Shown here piece by piece: positions 37,280-50,824 of a stretch of 50,824 nucleotides of DNA. The DNA is taken from NCBI RefSeq assembly GCF_001194135.2, contig NC_068989.1:6505651-6556474 (forward strand). Reading direction: 5' to 3'. The first letter of the stretch is position 1, and each line of letters starts with the position of its first letter. This DNA is from Octopus bimaculoides. Lineage: Eukaryota. The position numbers were made by a program, and so were the translations under genes. Under the pieces are notes generated by a model. That model searched no databases, was not told the DNA's origin, and saw only the letters and a program-made list of their open reading frames with translations.

Positions 37280-38020
37280 TCACACACACGGTCTTAAATA
37301 TGTATATATGTGCATATACATATATATATATATAATATATATATATATATACACACACACATATAGATGCATACGCATTCGCACATTCACGCATACATAT
37401 ATTTCTCAATATCTTCCAATATAACTTTTCTATATCAAATACATAATTTAATGTCAATTCTCTTATTCCTGGCTTATCGTTTTTCTTCATATATCACTTG
37501 TTCATTTTAATTGTTTTAAAACTATTTTTTACCCATTAACTTCGATGCCATCCATTTCAACAGCTATTACTTATATTATATGTATATTTTAAGTGTCCAT
37601 ATCACTTAACTTATATTTATTAAACAAAATATAATTTATACACTTCAAATGCAAAATAAATATATTTGTACAATGCAGATGCAAACAAGCCTATTCGTTA
37701 TTTCTTTATTCCGTTTTCACAACATACATGCAGTAGATTTACTGGCATTTTCAATTTATGTTTCAACTCCGGTTTACAAATTTTGCTGTCCAATTTAATT
37801 TTCGTTCACGAAATGAATGCAGGCTTGTCACAACCATTTACTCCCACCGTCTGACGATTGCTGCTGTTCATGATCTGTTGATATCAATGTAAGCTCGTGA
37901 ATAGAATCCAGCTAAAGTCAGCGTTGTTTATATTTTACTTATAGAGTCACTCTGGATAATAGAGTGGTCAAATATGAAAAGAGAGCATCGGCTTCTGTTA
38001 GATTCATTGGTTAGGGAACG

Positions 38021-38069
38021 CCTCTGGCTGACAAGGCTCACTGATGTCGAAACGTCGGATGTCCCAAAA
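38021..38069 (+). ncRNA. Degenerate minimal type-I hammerhead-ribozyme-like motif
   Basis: tgg-CTGACAA-GGC tcactgat GTC-GAAA-CGT cgg ATG-TC-cca. Stems I-III pair and the cleavage triplet is GUC. Core G8 reads A. Confidence 0.45.
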
Positions 38070-40042
38070 TCTCTTGTGCTAATATGAATGTGCCATGAAT
38101 ACATAATTATCGTTAAGGAGATGTTGCCTTCCTGCCAGTGATTATCATATTCATGTTCGTATCTGTAGAAACATATTAAGAATAAATATGCAACTCATCA
38201 TTTTGATTCTCGCTGTTCACAGTGCACTTGACGATTTAATGTCGGTTGACAAATACCAGCAGAGATCAACGAAAAGCTTGTTTGCTGAAGTTATGAATCA
38301 ATTTTTGTTAGGTTCATTGACCGCGTTCTCGTTTGATTCATCAGCTCTTCTTATATCCATCAGCGCTTGTTAAATTCATTGGTCCAAAGGTACTTCTGAC
38401 TGGGCAGACACGTGGTCTTTTCCGTAGGCTTTTCTTTCCGCAGATAAACCCAATATTGCTTTTTATATTTTTAAAATTCTTCTGTGATACACGATCCCTT
38501 TTGATCGCCTTTTTTTACAGATTCCTTTTCATCGGAATTTTTTTTTTCTTATTTTTTCCCGTTTTGTTTTTCATTTTCGAAAAGAAAAGGTCTACATTTG
38601 TATTTGTCCCCTCTGTGTTCAGCCCCGTGAGGGTAATAAAGAAAGTTATCTGTCTATCCGTCTATCTATCTATCTATTTACCAGGGTTGTTATTCATTAC
38701 CAGCTCATCTGTCATTCGGACAAAATCCGATATATTTTGAATCAGGCGCTCAACAGAGCGACGTGCTAGACATGAAGCTCCTCCTTTAACAATTGATAAT
38801 GCATTCAAAAATATGTGTCAGCTGAGATGAATATTTGATGGTGATCCTATCCGGGTACAAAACCGCTGAAGAACTTATGCAGCCACGATATAGCCGAGGG
38901 CTAAAGATGAATGATACCGTGTATAAACTCATTATTAGTTGTCCCAACTTAAATTAGCATAAAAACGTATACTTTTCCATTCATCATCGTTCCATAGTGT
39001 CAAAACCTGATGCTTCTCAGCAAGCTATTAACTTGCCCTCGCAACAAAGATAGAAAATTCATACTCTTTTCTTCATAATACTGGTAATGTAGAACCTCAT
39101 GAAAAAATGATTTTTCTATTAATAGTCATACTTCTGAATTTGTCAATCTTTTAGCTAATTGTAGCCTGCTTGTGAAACAAAACTAGCAAAAATGTGTTAT
39201 GTTCAATCATCAGAAAATTTTATCTGAGTAAAGACGGTTTTACTATTTCATTATGGTAGTTTGAATTCCCGCATGTGTAGAAATGTTTATTTTTATTGCC
39301 TGTACCTTGGCATGTTTCCACGCTAATGTGTTTTTAAGTGAGAACGCTAGATACATTTCTGTCTTGTTGCGCATCATCAATAGTGTGCAGTTACAGTTAA
39401 CTGCATGGTTCGACAAAATTTGTCACCACTGATATAAAGAAAACTAATTGAACGATCACTGGTGTTGCGAAGAGCCGCCAGGTTGAATAAATATAGGTTA
39501 TATGCCACGGAAGAAGTTGTTTATTCATATAAACTTGTAACCATTTCAAATATGTTTCAGATGTATTTGAACCTGTAAGAAAACAATTCGCAGCATTGTG
39601 TCACGAAGAACAATTCTCACTGTAAACAAAAACAAACAAAAAACCGTCTAAATACACGCAGTCGATTGTTTATTCAGTTATCCTATATATCGGTGGCGAT
39701 AAATTTTATGTAAGCATGTGGTTGGCTGTGAGTACACACTATTGACAACATGCACGGTGACAGAAATACATCTGGTGTTCTCACTAGCCTTTATTAAGAA
39801 GAATTTCGATTACCCCTGATATATATATTCGGTTTTTAAACACAGTACGTCCGTAACGTTATCTCCCAACGTTTTCCACAGTAAATTTGGTTTACACGAA
39901 ATATTTACATTACGTTTGGTTCACAGAATGCTACTTTGATCTATCACTGCTTCTGTTGCATATAACGGACACACACACACATATAAATAATATATATATG
40001 TATATATATATTGTAAATGTATATATGTGTATAAATATATAC

Positions 40043-40089
<47 letters not shown>

Positions 40090-40969
40090 TATATACATGT
40101 GTGTGGATATATATGTATGTATGGACGTACTTATTTATAAATACTTACATGCACATATACACACACACACACATATAGAAATACATGTATGCATACACTC
40201 ATATATCCACACATACACGCAGACAGGAAATATACACACACATACATACGCATGCACATATTTGCATATATGAGTTTCCCAGAGTATTCTAGGGTTATAA
40301 CCTAATAACATCATTTTTACAAAACGCTGTAAACCTAAGCATGTTCTAATCACATTGATTTACAATATATGTTTTAATCATATTAATATGTCATAAATAT
40401 TAAATACTCTTCTGGTATGGTAGATGTAGGAGAGCAATGCAGCATGCCGTTAAATGGAGGTTTATTACGTAAGAAATTGTCAGATATGCTTCTGGCTTAT
40501 CCCTCCTCACATACTTATGTGAATATATAAGTAAATATTTATGTGTGTGTATGTGGATGTATAGATGTATATGCATCTCTCTCTCTCTCTCTCACTATAT
40601 ATATATATATATATATATACACATGTATGTAAAATNNNNNNNNNNNNNNNNNNNNNNNNNNNNNNNNNNNNNNNNNNNNNNNNNNNNNNNNNNNNNNNNN
40701 NNNNNNNNNNNNNNNNNNNNNNNNNNNNNNNNNNNNNNNNNNNNNNNNNNNNNNNNNNNNNNNNNNNNNNNNNNNNNNNNNNNNNNNNNNNNNNNNNNNN
40801 NNNNNNNNNNNNNNNNNNNNNNNNNNNNNNNNNNNNNNNNNNNNNNNNNNNNNNNNNNNNNNNNNNNNNNNNNNNNNNNNNNNNNNNNNNNNNNNNNNNN
40901 NNNNNNNNNNNNNNNNNNNNNNNNNNNNNNNNNNNNNNNNNNNNNNNNNNNNNNNNNNNNNNNNNNNNN

Positions 40970-41032
<63 letters not shown>

Positions 41033-41661
41033 TTTCAAGAAGAATCTCTGCCTTACGAACTGCTAGATTTCATCTCATGAATATAATATGAGCGTACGAA
41101 ACAGAGAGAGAGTTCCGTTGGCCTTGCTGTCATGAGAAGGTATTTACAGTTATAAATTGTGTGAAGAAAGGTTAACAATATTTTAACCATATTAGTATAT
41201 GATGGCATACAATAATATCTGTATAAATGCGTACATATGAAGTTACGAACACTTGTGCCTTTACTCTTCGTTCTCTCTCTCTCTCTCTTTTCCTCACACA
41301 CACATGTACACACACACACACACACACATCTTTATAAATATTTTAATTGAAATGTTGAGACAGCGAGTATGTGAAGAAATTGATGTTTTTATGCGTAGCT
41401 TGCTTACCATACACCATAAAATCTGTAGCCCTCCGGGCGGTTTTTTTTGGTGTCGCTGAATAATATTTACATATTTGACCCCTAGTTTGTGGAGTGTGTT
41501 TCTGGTATGCTACCTCAAATTTCACTTCGTGTAATAGCACTCAATTGGTCATTAGATAAATTTAGAATTATAGCAAGTAATCAAAGCAACGTTAGAACTT
41601 TTGAAGTAAGCAGGTATTTTATGTTGATTCAATTTAGCCTCGTAAAAGCCGCCAGTTTATC

Positions 41662-41885
41662 ATCTCTTTCACTTGTTTCAGTCATTTGACTGCGGCCATG
41701 CTGGAGCACCGCCTTTGTAGTCGAGCAAATCGACCCCACAGCTTATTCTTTGTAAGCTTGGTACTTATTCTACCGGTTTCTTTTGCCGAATCGCTAATGT
41801 TAAGGGGACGTAAACACACCAGCATCGGTTGTCAAGCGATGCTGNNNNNNNNNNGGGGGGGGGGGAGAAACAGACACACAAAAAT

Positions 41886-41940
<55 letters not shown>

Positions 41941-42100
41941 TATATGACGGGCTTCTTTCAGTTTCCGTCTACCAAATCCATTCACAAGGCTTTGGTCGGC
42001 CCGAGGCTATATTAAAAGACACTTGCCCAAGGTGCCACGCGGTGGGACGGAACCCGGAACCATGTGGTTAGGAATCAAGCTTATCACCACACACCCACAC
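41662..42100 (-). mobile_element. SINE family A, full length, with a 10-N gap inside
   Basis: gtcatttgactgcggccatgctggagc...gacacttgcccaaggtgccacgc...ccggaaccatgtgg. Confidence 0.9.
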
Positions 42101-42904
42101 CTATATATCAGGTTTTTTTGTTTTGTTTTTTTACTATTTATGTTACGTTATTTTTATGTTATGTATTTAACTAATTTATCACATTCCTTATTCATCCTCT
42201 TCCTTACGATTTCCCCTTTTGTCCTCCTCTTCTTTCTTCTCTCGAGTGATATTCTCAATACCACGCTTTCACTGTTGCTTTTCATTTAATCTTCGCATTC
42301 TGTTCATTCATTCTTAATCTTAATTCGCTTCTCGTATCATTTCCCCCCCCCCTTTTCTATTCATTCAATGTAAAGCTAATTTTCGCTTTCTATTTTTCTT
42401 TTATATTCTTACTAATCACAAGTAACTGTTACTTTGCATTTTCCACATTTGTTTTAATTTTCTTTATTCCTTTTACCTTTTCTTTTTGTATTGTAAATCA
42501 AATTAAATACCTGTAATCTTCCTGTTTCTCTTATCTTTCTCCATCTCTTTATTTTCCTCTTCTCTCTAATTCTCAAGTAGTTAGCTTAAATTCCTTAGCT
42601 ATATCTTTTATTTTCCTTATAACGAAATATGTTATACCAAAACATAATCTTCCGTTTGTCTTCTCAGTTCTTTCTCTCTCTCCTAGATTTTTCGCCAAAA
42701 TCCTAATCATTGCTAAATTTGTTCCGTTATCCTTTGTATATAAACCGTCCCCGTGATTATCTTTTTCTTGTTTCTCTGCTTCTTTTTACCTTCCTTGCCA
42801 TGAGGTAAATTAAATTCATATTTTCATAGCGAAATGATATAAATATATGAATTCCCATATCGATAGAAGTTGACAGAATTAACTTTATTACCGGAAATAT
42901 TTCA

Positions 42905-43610
42905 GGCTTTACTTGTTTCTTTTATCAAACTACGGCCATGCTGTGTTACCGCCTTGAAGAATATTAAGTCAAATTAACAAAACCAAGTCCTTTGTTTTTT
43001 AAAGCCTGGTACTTAGTCTATTAGCCTATGGGTCTCTTTTGCCGAACTGCAAAGTTACAGAGACGTAAACACACTAACGCTGGTTATCAAGCGGTGGTGG
43101 TGGACAAGCACATACACACATACACACATACACACACGAACTTATATGACGCACGTACACACACATACACACACGAACAAAATTTCCAAGGACAGACAAA
43201 CGGATTAAGTCGATTATATCGACCCAGTACGTAACTGGTACTCATTTAATCGACTCCGAAAGGATGAAAGGCAAAGTTGATCTCGGCGGAATTTGAACTC
43301 AGAACGTAGCGGCAGACGAAATACCGCTAAGCATTTCGCCCGGTGTGCTAACGTTTCTGCCAGCTCGCCGCCTTGTATTTTATATAATAATCTTTTCTAC
43401 TCTAGGCGCAAGGCACGAAATTTTGGGGTAAGGAGCCAGTCAATTAGATCGACCCCCCAGTACGCAACTGGTACTTAATTTATCGACCCTGAAAGGATGA
43501 AAGGCAAAGTCGTTCTCAGCGGAATTTGAACTCAGAACGTAAAGACAGACGAAATACTGGTAAACATTTCGCCCGGCATGCTAACGATTTTGCCAGCTCG
43601 CCCCCTTAAT
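42905..43610 (-). mobile_element. SINE-A 3' half followed by two tandem SINE-B copies
   Basis: A tail at ~42905-43130; B copies at ~43180-43375 and ~43390-43610, each ending gccagctcgcc. Confidence 0.88.
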
Positions 43611-44349
43611 AGTGGTGGTAACTGGTAGGGTAAAATGCAGCAAAGTCAACAAACACTCTGAAATGTCAGTCCATGAGCAACGAAAAGCAGATTCGCGAGT
43701 TGATGACTCTAAAATTCTATCCAATGAATAAATAATGTTGTATTCGACAAGGAATAACCCCGCCTTGGATCTCTGTTACATAAACAATATGGAGGGCATC
43801 AATAATGTAAAGATGACGCCAACGCATTTTTCTGAAGTCATAACATAGCTGAACTAAAAATGTATAGTATAAAAGGAATCGTAAATATACACCCTGTAAG
43901 AAACATTGGATCTTTGAATAATAGTAAAATACTTCCGTTGGGCTTCCGTACAATTTCCATCGAAATAATTTTACTTATAAAATATAGGTCAAACGGAAGC
44001 AATGGAAAACGACAATTTCCCAAGATGCCACCCAGTAGAATCGACAAGCAAAACATAAAAGATAAAGGATAGAAGAATACAATTTATTGGAAAATTCCTT
44101 TAGACTCAGTCTTAAAGTTTCTCCTTTCAACTTAATCAACCAACGATAGAATATTTTTTTCTGATATTTTTTTGTAGAAAAAATGTTCCACTAAGAGAGA
44201 TGAATTCTTACGCAGTGACCTACAGTTAGCAATGTTCTCCATAGAAAAGGAATTTATATTTTTTTTTAGAACGAAAAATCTGATAAGTCAAAGAAAGGAT
44301 GATGACCAAACGGAGAGAAGCGCATGGTTTACATTAATATATTTCAATA

Positions 44350-44775
44350 TTGCTTTCAAATTATGGCGCAAACTCAGTAATTTCGGGGAGGGGTAAGTCG
44401 ATTACATCTGCCCTCAGTGTTCAACTGGTACTTATCGACCCAAAAAGGATAAAAGGCAAAGTCTACCTCGGCGGAATTTGAACTCAAAACATAAAGATGA
44501 ACAAAATGCCGCTAAGCATTTTGTTCGACGTGCTAAAGATGCTGCTACCTCACTTCCTTTATTGATTTCCAATTTTGGTACAAGGCCAGCAATTTCAGGA
44601 GAGTGGATAAGTCGATTATATCGGCCCCCAGTGTTCAACTGGTACTTATTTTATCGACCCTAAATGGATGAAAATGAAAAGTCGACCTCTGCAGAATTTG
44701 AACTCTGAGCATAAAGACGGACGAAATGCTGCTTAGCATATTACCCGGCGCACTAACAGTTCTGTCAGGTGGCTG
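44350..44775 (-). mobile_element. Two tandem SINE-B copies
   Basis: Two cagtgttcaactggtactta..atcgacc cores and tttgaactc B boxes. Confidence 0.85.
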
Positions 44776-44920
44776 CCTGATTTGAAACTAATACCATTTA
44801 ATTCATTTATGATCAAATTTCAAGAAATCTGTATTCCAAATTAGTGTTGAAACGAACGAAACTAAAGAATTGAATGTAAACTTAATATCATATACTCCAC
44901 TCTTCAACTCCGTATGTATG

Positions 44921-44974
<54 letters not shown>

Positions 44975-45414
44975 GAGAGATATATACATATAAATATATA
45001 ATTAATATCGACAGCTGTGTGCAATGTGTTACCAAAAAAGTAAACTATAATTGTCATTAAATATGACTATATATATATTTGAAAGTGTGTTGTGTATATA
45101 TGTGATTACAGAGAGAGGGGAAGATAAAGAGAGGGAAAGAGAGAGAGAGAGAGAAAGAGAGAGAGATAGAGAGAAGCAGAGAGAAAGAGTGAAGGAGAGA
45201 GAGAAATGAAAATTCGAGGTAAAGAATGGTCGAAGAGTGTGTAGGTTATATGGTAACCTGGATATTATTTCCATTGTATTAATGGAGAGAAAAAAAAACG
45301 ATTTGTAACAATGTGTATTTAATATAAGTCAAAGTTTTTGTGTTTTAGCTATATCGTGTGTAATTATAGTTTTTTTTTTTCTGCAGGAATGTTTCACCGT
45401 GTTTGCGTGCATAA

Positions 45415-45900
45415 TTGTATTTATCCTTTATCTTGTTCCGATCATTGGACTACGGCCATACCGAGGCACTGTAATGGATGGTTCGGGTCGAAGCAATCGA
45501 TCCCTAAAATTTTATTTTTAAAGACTAGTTTTTATTCATCGATTTCTTTTGCCGAACTGCTAACTTACGGCGATATAAACAAACTAATATCGGATGTCAT
45601 GTGGTGTGTGTGTAGACGGGGTGGGGGAAGAAACACAACACTAATACACAGACATACGTATACACACCAACATATACATTTTAGGTAAACGCTTTTGCAC
45701 CCTGGTCACCGCTTGAGAACGGGTTGCTAGTGTGTTTAAGTCACCGTAACGTAGCGGTTCGGCATAAGAGAACGATGGAATAAGTACCAAACTGAAAAAG
45801 AAAATAAGTAATAGAAACGATTAGTTTGTCTAAAATTCCTCAAGGCAGTGCCCCGCCATTGCCGCAGTCTAATGACAAACAGGTAAGAGATAAAAGAAAA
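45415..45900. mobile_element. Two decayed SINE-A 3' halves in inverted orientation
   Basis: Minus copy ttttgccgaactgctaacttacgg (~45415-45620); plus copy gtaacgtagcggttcggcataagagaacgat (~45700-45900). Confidence 0.65.
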
Positions 45901-45914
45901 AAGATACAGTCACA

Positions 45915-46128
45915 ACATTCTTTTCTACTCTAGGAACTTTAGGCCCGAAAGTTTTGGAGAGGGGGTGCAGTCGATTAGCTTGACCCCATTACGCAACTGG
46001 TACTTAATTTATCGACCCGAAAGGATGAAAGGCAAAGTCGACCACGGCGGAATTTGAACTCAGAACGTAAAGACAGACGAAATACCACTAACCATTTCGT
46101 CCGGCGTGCTAACGATTCTGCCAGCTCG
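45915..46128 (-). mobile_element. SINE family B
   Basis: cttttctactctagg...atcgacccgaaaggatgaaaggcaaagtcgac...gattctgccagctcg. Confidence 0.9.
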
Positions 46129-46798
46129 AAACATTTCTTAAAAGTTATTAACAATTTACAAAATTTATTCTTTCAAAAGAGAAACAATCTGACGAACGTT
46201 TTGGATAGAAGTTCTCGTATTTTGTGTACAATAAGAAAACATTGTTACCAGAAGGTTCGTGACATTTCGTTTTTCTAAAAAAACTTATTTAAATAGTAAA
46301 TAACGTCTAAGAAAATCTTTAAATATGTAGTTATATATATAGATTTCAATAATTGTTTTTCAGAATAGTTCGGTTACTCAGGTTTATCGCTTAAAATTAA
46401 TTTACCCTCGCAAACTTGAAAGACATTCACACTTAGTGTGTGGATAAACACTTCCCAGAGGGAAGGCTGCACGTGACTTTGCCTGATTACTTTTGGCATT
46501 TCAAAAATTGGTTTAGTACTAATTAGGATATTAACGTAGTTAAAAGCACAGTCTTGTATTGATCGAAAAGAAAAATACCTATGAGTGTGTGTGTGTTTGT
46601 GAATGTGTGTGTATGTGTACACAAACACAAACGGAGTGACAAACACTAAACAGTAATGTATATAAAAGGAAACTCATCAGCTCAAATGTGGTTGATTCAT
46701 AATCGAACCTGAATGCAACCAGTCATTGAACAATGACGGAAATGTCATAAGATGAAGCTACCTCTCGCGTCAGTTCATAGCGTCACCCTTTCTGGGCT

Positions 46799-46846
46799 CC
46801 GCTGCTGACGAGGAGATAACCATTCCGAAATGTATACCTCCAACAA
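46799..46846 (+). ncRNA. Degenerate minimal type-I hammerhead-ribozyme-like motif
   Basis: gctg-CTGACGA-GGAG ataacca TTCC-GAAA-tgtatacc-TC-caac. The CUGANGA and GAAA cores are intact, stem II has 4 bp, and stems I and III are eroded. Confidence 0.5.
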
Positions 46847-46987
46847 TCTGGCTAGGGGGTGCTACGAGCTGACTCATTGTGTTTACACTTTTCTGTCTAC
46901 AGCGAGAAATTTTCTCCACGACAAAATACCCTGAATTACTTTCCTATGGGTTCGTATCCGCCTCAAGCATATTTGAACAGGTAACAA

Positions 46988-47029
<42 letters not shown>

Positions 47030-47199
47030 NNNNNNNNNNNNNNNNNNNNNNNNNNNNNNNNNNNNNNNNNNNNNNNNNNNNNNNNNNNNNNNNNNNNNNN
47101 NNNNNNNNNNNNNNNNNNNNNNNNNNNNNNNNNNNNNNNNNNNNNNNNNNNNNNNNNNNNNNNNNNNNNNNNNNNNNNNNNNNNNNNNNNNNNNNNNNN

Positions 47200-47239
<40 letters not shown>

Positions 47240-47247
<8 letters not shown>

Positions 47248-47405
47248 GATAGAGTTCTTTCAGTTTCCGTCTCCCAAATCCATTAACAAGCCGTTGTTCA
47301 ACCCATTGCAACAGTGGAAGACAGTTTTCCAATATGTCGTGCAGTGACACTAAATCCGAAACCGCGTTGCTGAGAAACAAACCTCTCCCCACACAGCCAC
47401 AGCAT
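47240..47405 (-). mobile_element. Decayed SINE family A 5' half
   Basis: gagttctttcagtttccgtctcccaaatcc...ccccacacagccac, next to (AC)n, a gap and (TA)n. Confidence 0.7.
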
Positions 47406-47780
47406 AGTAAATATTAAAGCTTAAATTTTCTCGAATTATACTGTAGCTTATAGTTTTCATTCCTAATTGCAGGTATATAAACATGTCGTCGCGATACGGA
47501 TCGCTGTATGCTTCTTCTAATTTGAATATTCGAGATGCGTATCGCTGCATATTAAAATGCAAAGAAATATTTAAGAGGTAGAATATAAATATAATCTATG
47601 CTAAATCTTTTAGTGTATGTATCTTCGAAATTAGTCAGCGAAAGTTCCATTCACGCATACACACACACACAAATACACACACACAAACACATGGCTCGCA
47701 TACAAACATTAGACAGACATATATGTGTGTGTGTTTGTGTGTAACAATTTTTGTGATATTTTTGCTGCTTTTAAATGAAG

Positions 47781-47828
<48 letters not shown>

Positions 47829-48404
47829 NNNNNNNNNNNNNNNNNNNNNNNNNNNNNNNNNNNNNNNNNNNNNNNNNNNNNNNNNNNNNNNNNNNNNNNN
47901 NNNNNNNNNNNNTATAGATGTATATAATATATATATATATATATGGATGGATGGATGGATGTATATTTTATATATATGTTTATGGATGGATGTATATTAT
48001 ATATATATATGTGTGTATATACATATACACATACACACTCACTTATATATGTGCATATAAGCATATATATATATGTTCATATATGTGTCTGTGTGTGCGT
48101 GCGTGTGTGTGCTTGTGAAGACGCGTGCCCTAGTGGTTGAGCTATTGCTCTCATGATCGCCAGATTAATGGTTCGATTCCCATATCGGCCGGGCCGTTAT
48201 ATTCTGGAGCAAAATACAAGTAAAATACTTCTCTGCGGGTGGGAGAGAGCCAGAATGGTTGACCCCCATCAGCAGGAATACTTAACAGTATAGCTTCCCG
48301 CTCTCTATATTCTGAGTTCTAATTTCACCTGCCTGTTGAAGGCAACGGTAAACCACTTCAGTATTCTTTCCGGTCTCAAATCCTTTGCATTCCGAGTTCA
48401 CATA

Positions 48405-48570
48405 TCACAGAAGCATCGTACAATCTGCCAGGGACTCTGAGCAACAATCCCTTTGATATCAACACTTTGAACCTTTTACAATAAGCCCTTATTCTTTCTA
48501 ATGTTTTCGTAACATCCACCACTATTGGTAATGGGTCACTTGCGTTCCTGAAGCGATCACAATTTCTTTT
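48405..48570 (-). mobile_element. Decayed RTE-clade RT C-terminal fragment
   Basis: With frameshifts: EIVDRFR..SD..TNSGGCYENI..RIR..KRFK..VLISKGLLLRVPGRLYDASV. This matches the RTE 'V..F.YLG..I...GG......RI...W..F.....L......L..K..LY...V' pattern. Confidence 0.7.
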
Positions 48571-49042
48571 CCATCTTCCTGATACTCCCGAGTGTTTGCC
48601 GCAGACAAATTGTATCTTCTTCGAATATTACATGTAAAGCTATTACACTTCTGTCAGAATATAAAGGTTCTAGTGGGCCAATACTAGGGCGACGGGGAGC
48701 GTGCCAATGTGTGTGCAAGACTGCATAGGAATCCAAAATAACCACTAGAAACATGGTACATGGCAGCATGCCATCTTCGCTTCTGAACTGACGATTTTTT
48801 GATATGATATAATATAATATATATAAGCAATGTTTAGGACAGTTAATATTCTCACTTCTTTTGATAACATTTTTGTAAAATATAAAGCAACATACATACA
48901 TACTTATCTACGTGTGTGTATGTTTGTGTGTGTACGTGTAAATATCAAAAGATGTTTGCAACAAAATAGCAGAGATAAAATCAAAAATATATACCAAAAC
49001 TGATTCAAAATGTTAAATAAAGAACTATTCATGTCTATATAT

Positions 49043-49083
<41 letters not shown>

Positions 49084-49569
49084 GACTTAAATTTCTTTTA
49101 TAGTATATACATTTTTCATAGATACCCTTAAATTGGACGTGTTTTTTCAAATGGTTTTTATCTTTCAATCTTCGATCACCAAATCAAAGTTTTTTTTTCC
49201 TATTCAAATGTTTTGCATAATTGTATTCATAATATGCAACCTCTTTGTCACTCTCTTTTTGAAATTGTATGTTAGACTTATTTAACATTGATCAATATTT
49301 CTCTGTTAAATATATTAAAATATATTTCTTATATGTGTGGGGTTACTCTAGCTTCAAAACTTTTGCTAGCTAAAGAAGCTTCTCCACGAGCGTTTGATTT
49401 GTTTTAAGACTAAATTCCTTAAGAATGACCACCAGTGTACATTCTTGGAATTTCCCCATAGATTCTCAAGTTTCTGCTTCAGTAAGTATTAAAAAGTTTA
49501 GATTTGGCTGATAAGGTCCGGCCAAAATATTCTACCATCTTCAACAAAAGTAAGGAAGCAATAATCTGC

Positions 49570-49695
49570 TTCGAATTCAAAGAGCCACAACTTTTCAATG
49601 CTTTGCCAAAAAGTCATCAGAGAACCAGAAGGTTTAGATGTAAATGTGTTCAAACAACAACTGAGCAAATTTTTATCTGATATACCAGATGCACT
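49570..49695 (+). mobile_element. CR1/L2-group LINE extreme C-terminal fragment
   Basis: FEFKEPQLFNALPKS[frameshift]REPEGLDVNVFKQQLSKFLSDIPD. The 'GP.LFN.LP..IR......FK..LD.FL..IPD' pattern ends these ORF2s. Confidence 0.75.
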
Positions 49696-50413
49696 CACAT
49701 CACATCAAAAAGCCACAAAGGGGGACAGCTCCGTTCGACTTTACCACTTCACCAGAATCGATTTCAGAGACGAGACGGGGAAGTGAGACTAAAATAAACA
49801 AACGTTAACGCTAATGGCAGTGTTTTATCATGACTACAACTTCTGGCTGAAACCAATAATAGAATGATTGAACAATAAAAGCGAAAAATGCACAGAACTG
49901 ACTCCCATACCGGCCGAAGTAATTACTATGCTATGACAGAAGATTACATTTTTTCTTTCCGTGGGGTACTTAGGTATGCGTAACATTTTGATGCTCCCAA
50001 CATTTAAAAGGATAATGCTAATTTAGCTATTATTTGCCATGCAGATGGCATCTCTGAGTTTTAAACTATGAACAAGAATGGAAACAGAGCTATTGGAAAA
50101 GGAAGAATAAAAAAAATAAAAATGAGAAACAGTTTTCGGAAATTATTTGCGTCTGGTACAAATGGTTCGGTCGGTAGTTTAAATTAGTATTTTTAGAATA
50201 TCATGCTAGCTGTTCCTCGATTTAACGGGTCGATCACCTGACCTCGTGTTTGTTTTTGCTTCAGTTCGTTAGATCAATTTAAAAAGGTAACTTAGTTGGT
50301 ATAGGTATCATAAACATCGTGTTTTAAACAAAGATTGTTGTCTATTCGTTTGTGTCTGTGCGTGTGCGTATGTGTGGGTGTGTGTACTTTGCTTCGTCTT
50401 TGCTTGTGTCTTA

Positions 50414-50465
<52 letters not shown>

Positions 50466-50787
50466 TTACTATACGTATGGATAGCAAACCTGGATTATCG
50501 TTACTAGATTTATTATTTTCACCTAGTGATGAAACTATCGTCGAAGACACCGCTATGGCTGCGTAGAGAAGAAGCTCGCTCAGCAACCACGCGCTCTCCG
50601 TTCAGTCCTGCTGTTGCGACACCTTTGTACCAATGCCTTTTATCATAGACGAAAGATGGGCAATATTTTTGAGTGGAATTGGTTGTCGGAAAATGTGCCG
50701 AAGAACGTCGGGTATTCAACCAGCAGTATATTGGATAGATATTATCCCTTAGTTGGTTGGATTCACAACCTCTAACTCTCATTGAAT

Positions 50788-50824
<37 letters not shown>

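Noticed and set aside
39386-39405. 8-bp hairpin tgcagtta-cagt-taactgca (and a similar imperfect stem at ~47490-47545)
   Set aside because: It is within chance expectation for 50 kb, with no supporting context.
41428-41448. gccc-tcc-gggc hairpin plus T8, resembling a bacterial intrinsic terminator
   Set aside because: The stem is only 4 bp in eukaryotic context, with no sign of bacterial sequence.

Overview
Repeat-dense animal DNA, most likely an Octopus (coleoid cephalopod) draft assembly. The taxon is inferred from tRNA-derived SINE families resembling those I recall from octopus and from very abundant (AC)n/(AT)n/(ATT)n microsatellites. Sixteen N-gaps (~3.8 kb) mostly sit beside microsatellites, and nearly all ORFs in the supplied track are microsatellite or N read-through artefacts. 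The only credible host coding sequence is a minus-strand signal-peptide exon (13059-13353) ending at a strong phase-1 donor. I could not identify its downstream exons, and a semaphorin-1-like identity is only a weak hypothesis. The rest consists of at least four tRNA-SINE families (labelled A, B, C and E here, plus a short repeat D), decayed LINE pieces (RTE, CR1/L2-group, RLE-endonuclease group), and small Tc1/mariner and hAT MITEs. The most notable observations are two decayed hammerhead-ribozyme-like motifs, a SINE orientation switch near 27-28 kb, head-to-tail SINE-B chains, a fold-back SINE head and a hairpin module shared by two SINE families. I found no convincing intact novel system.
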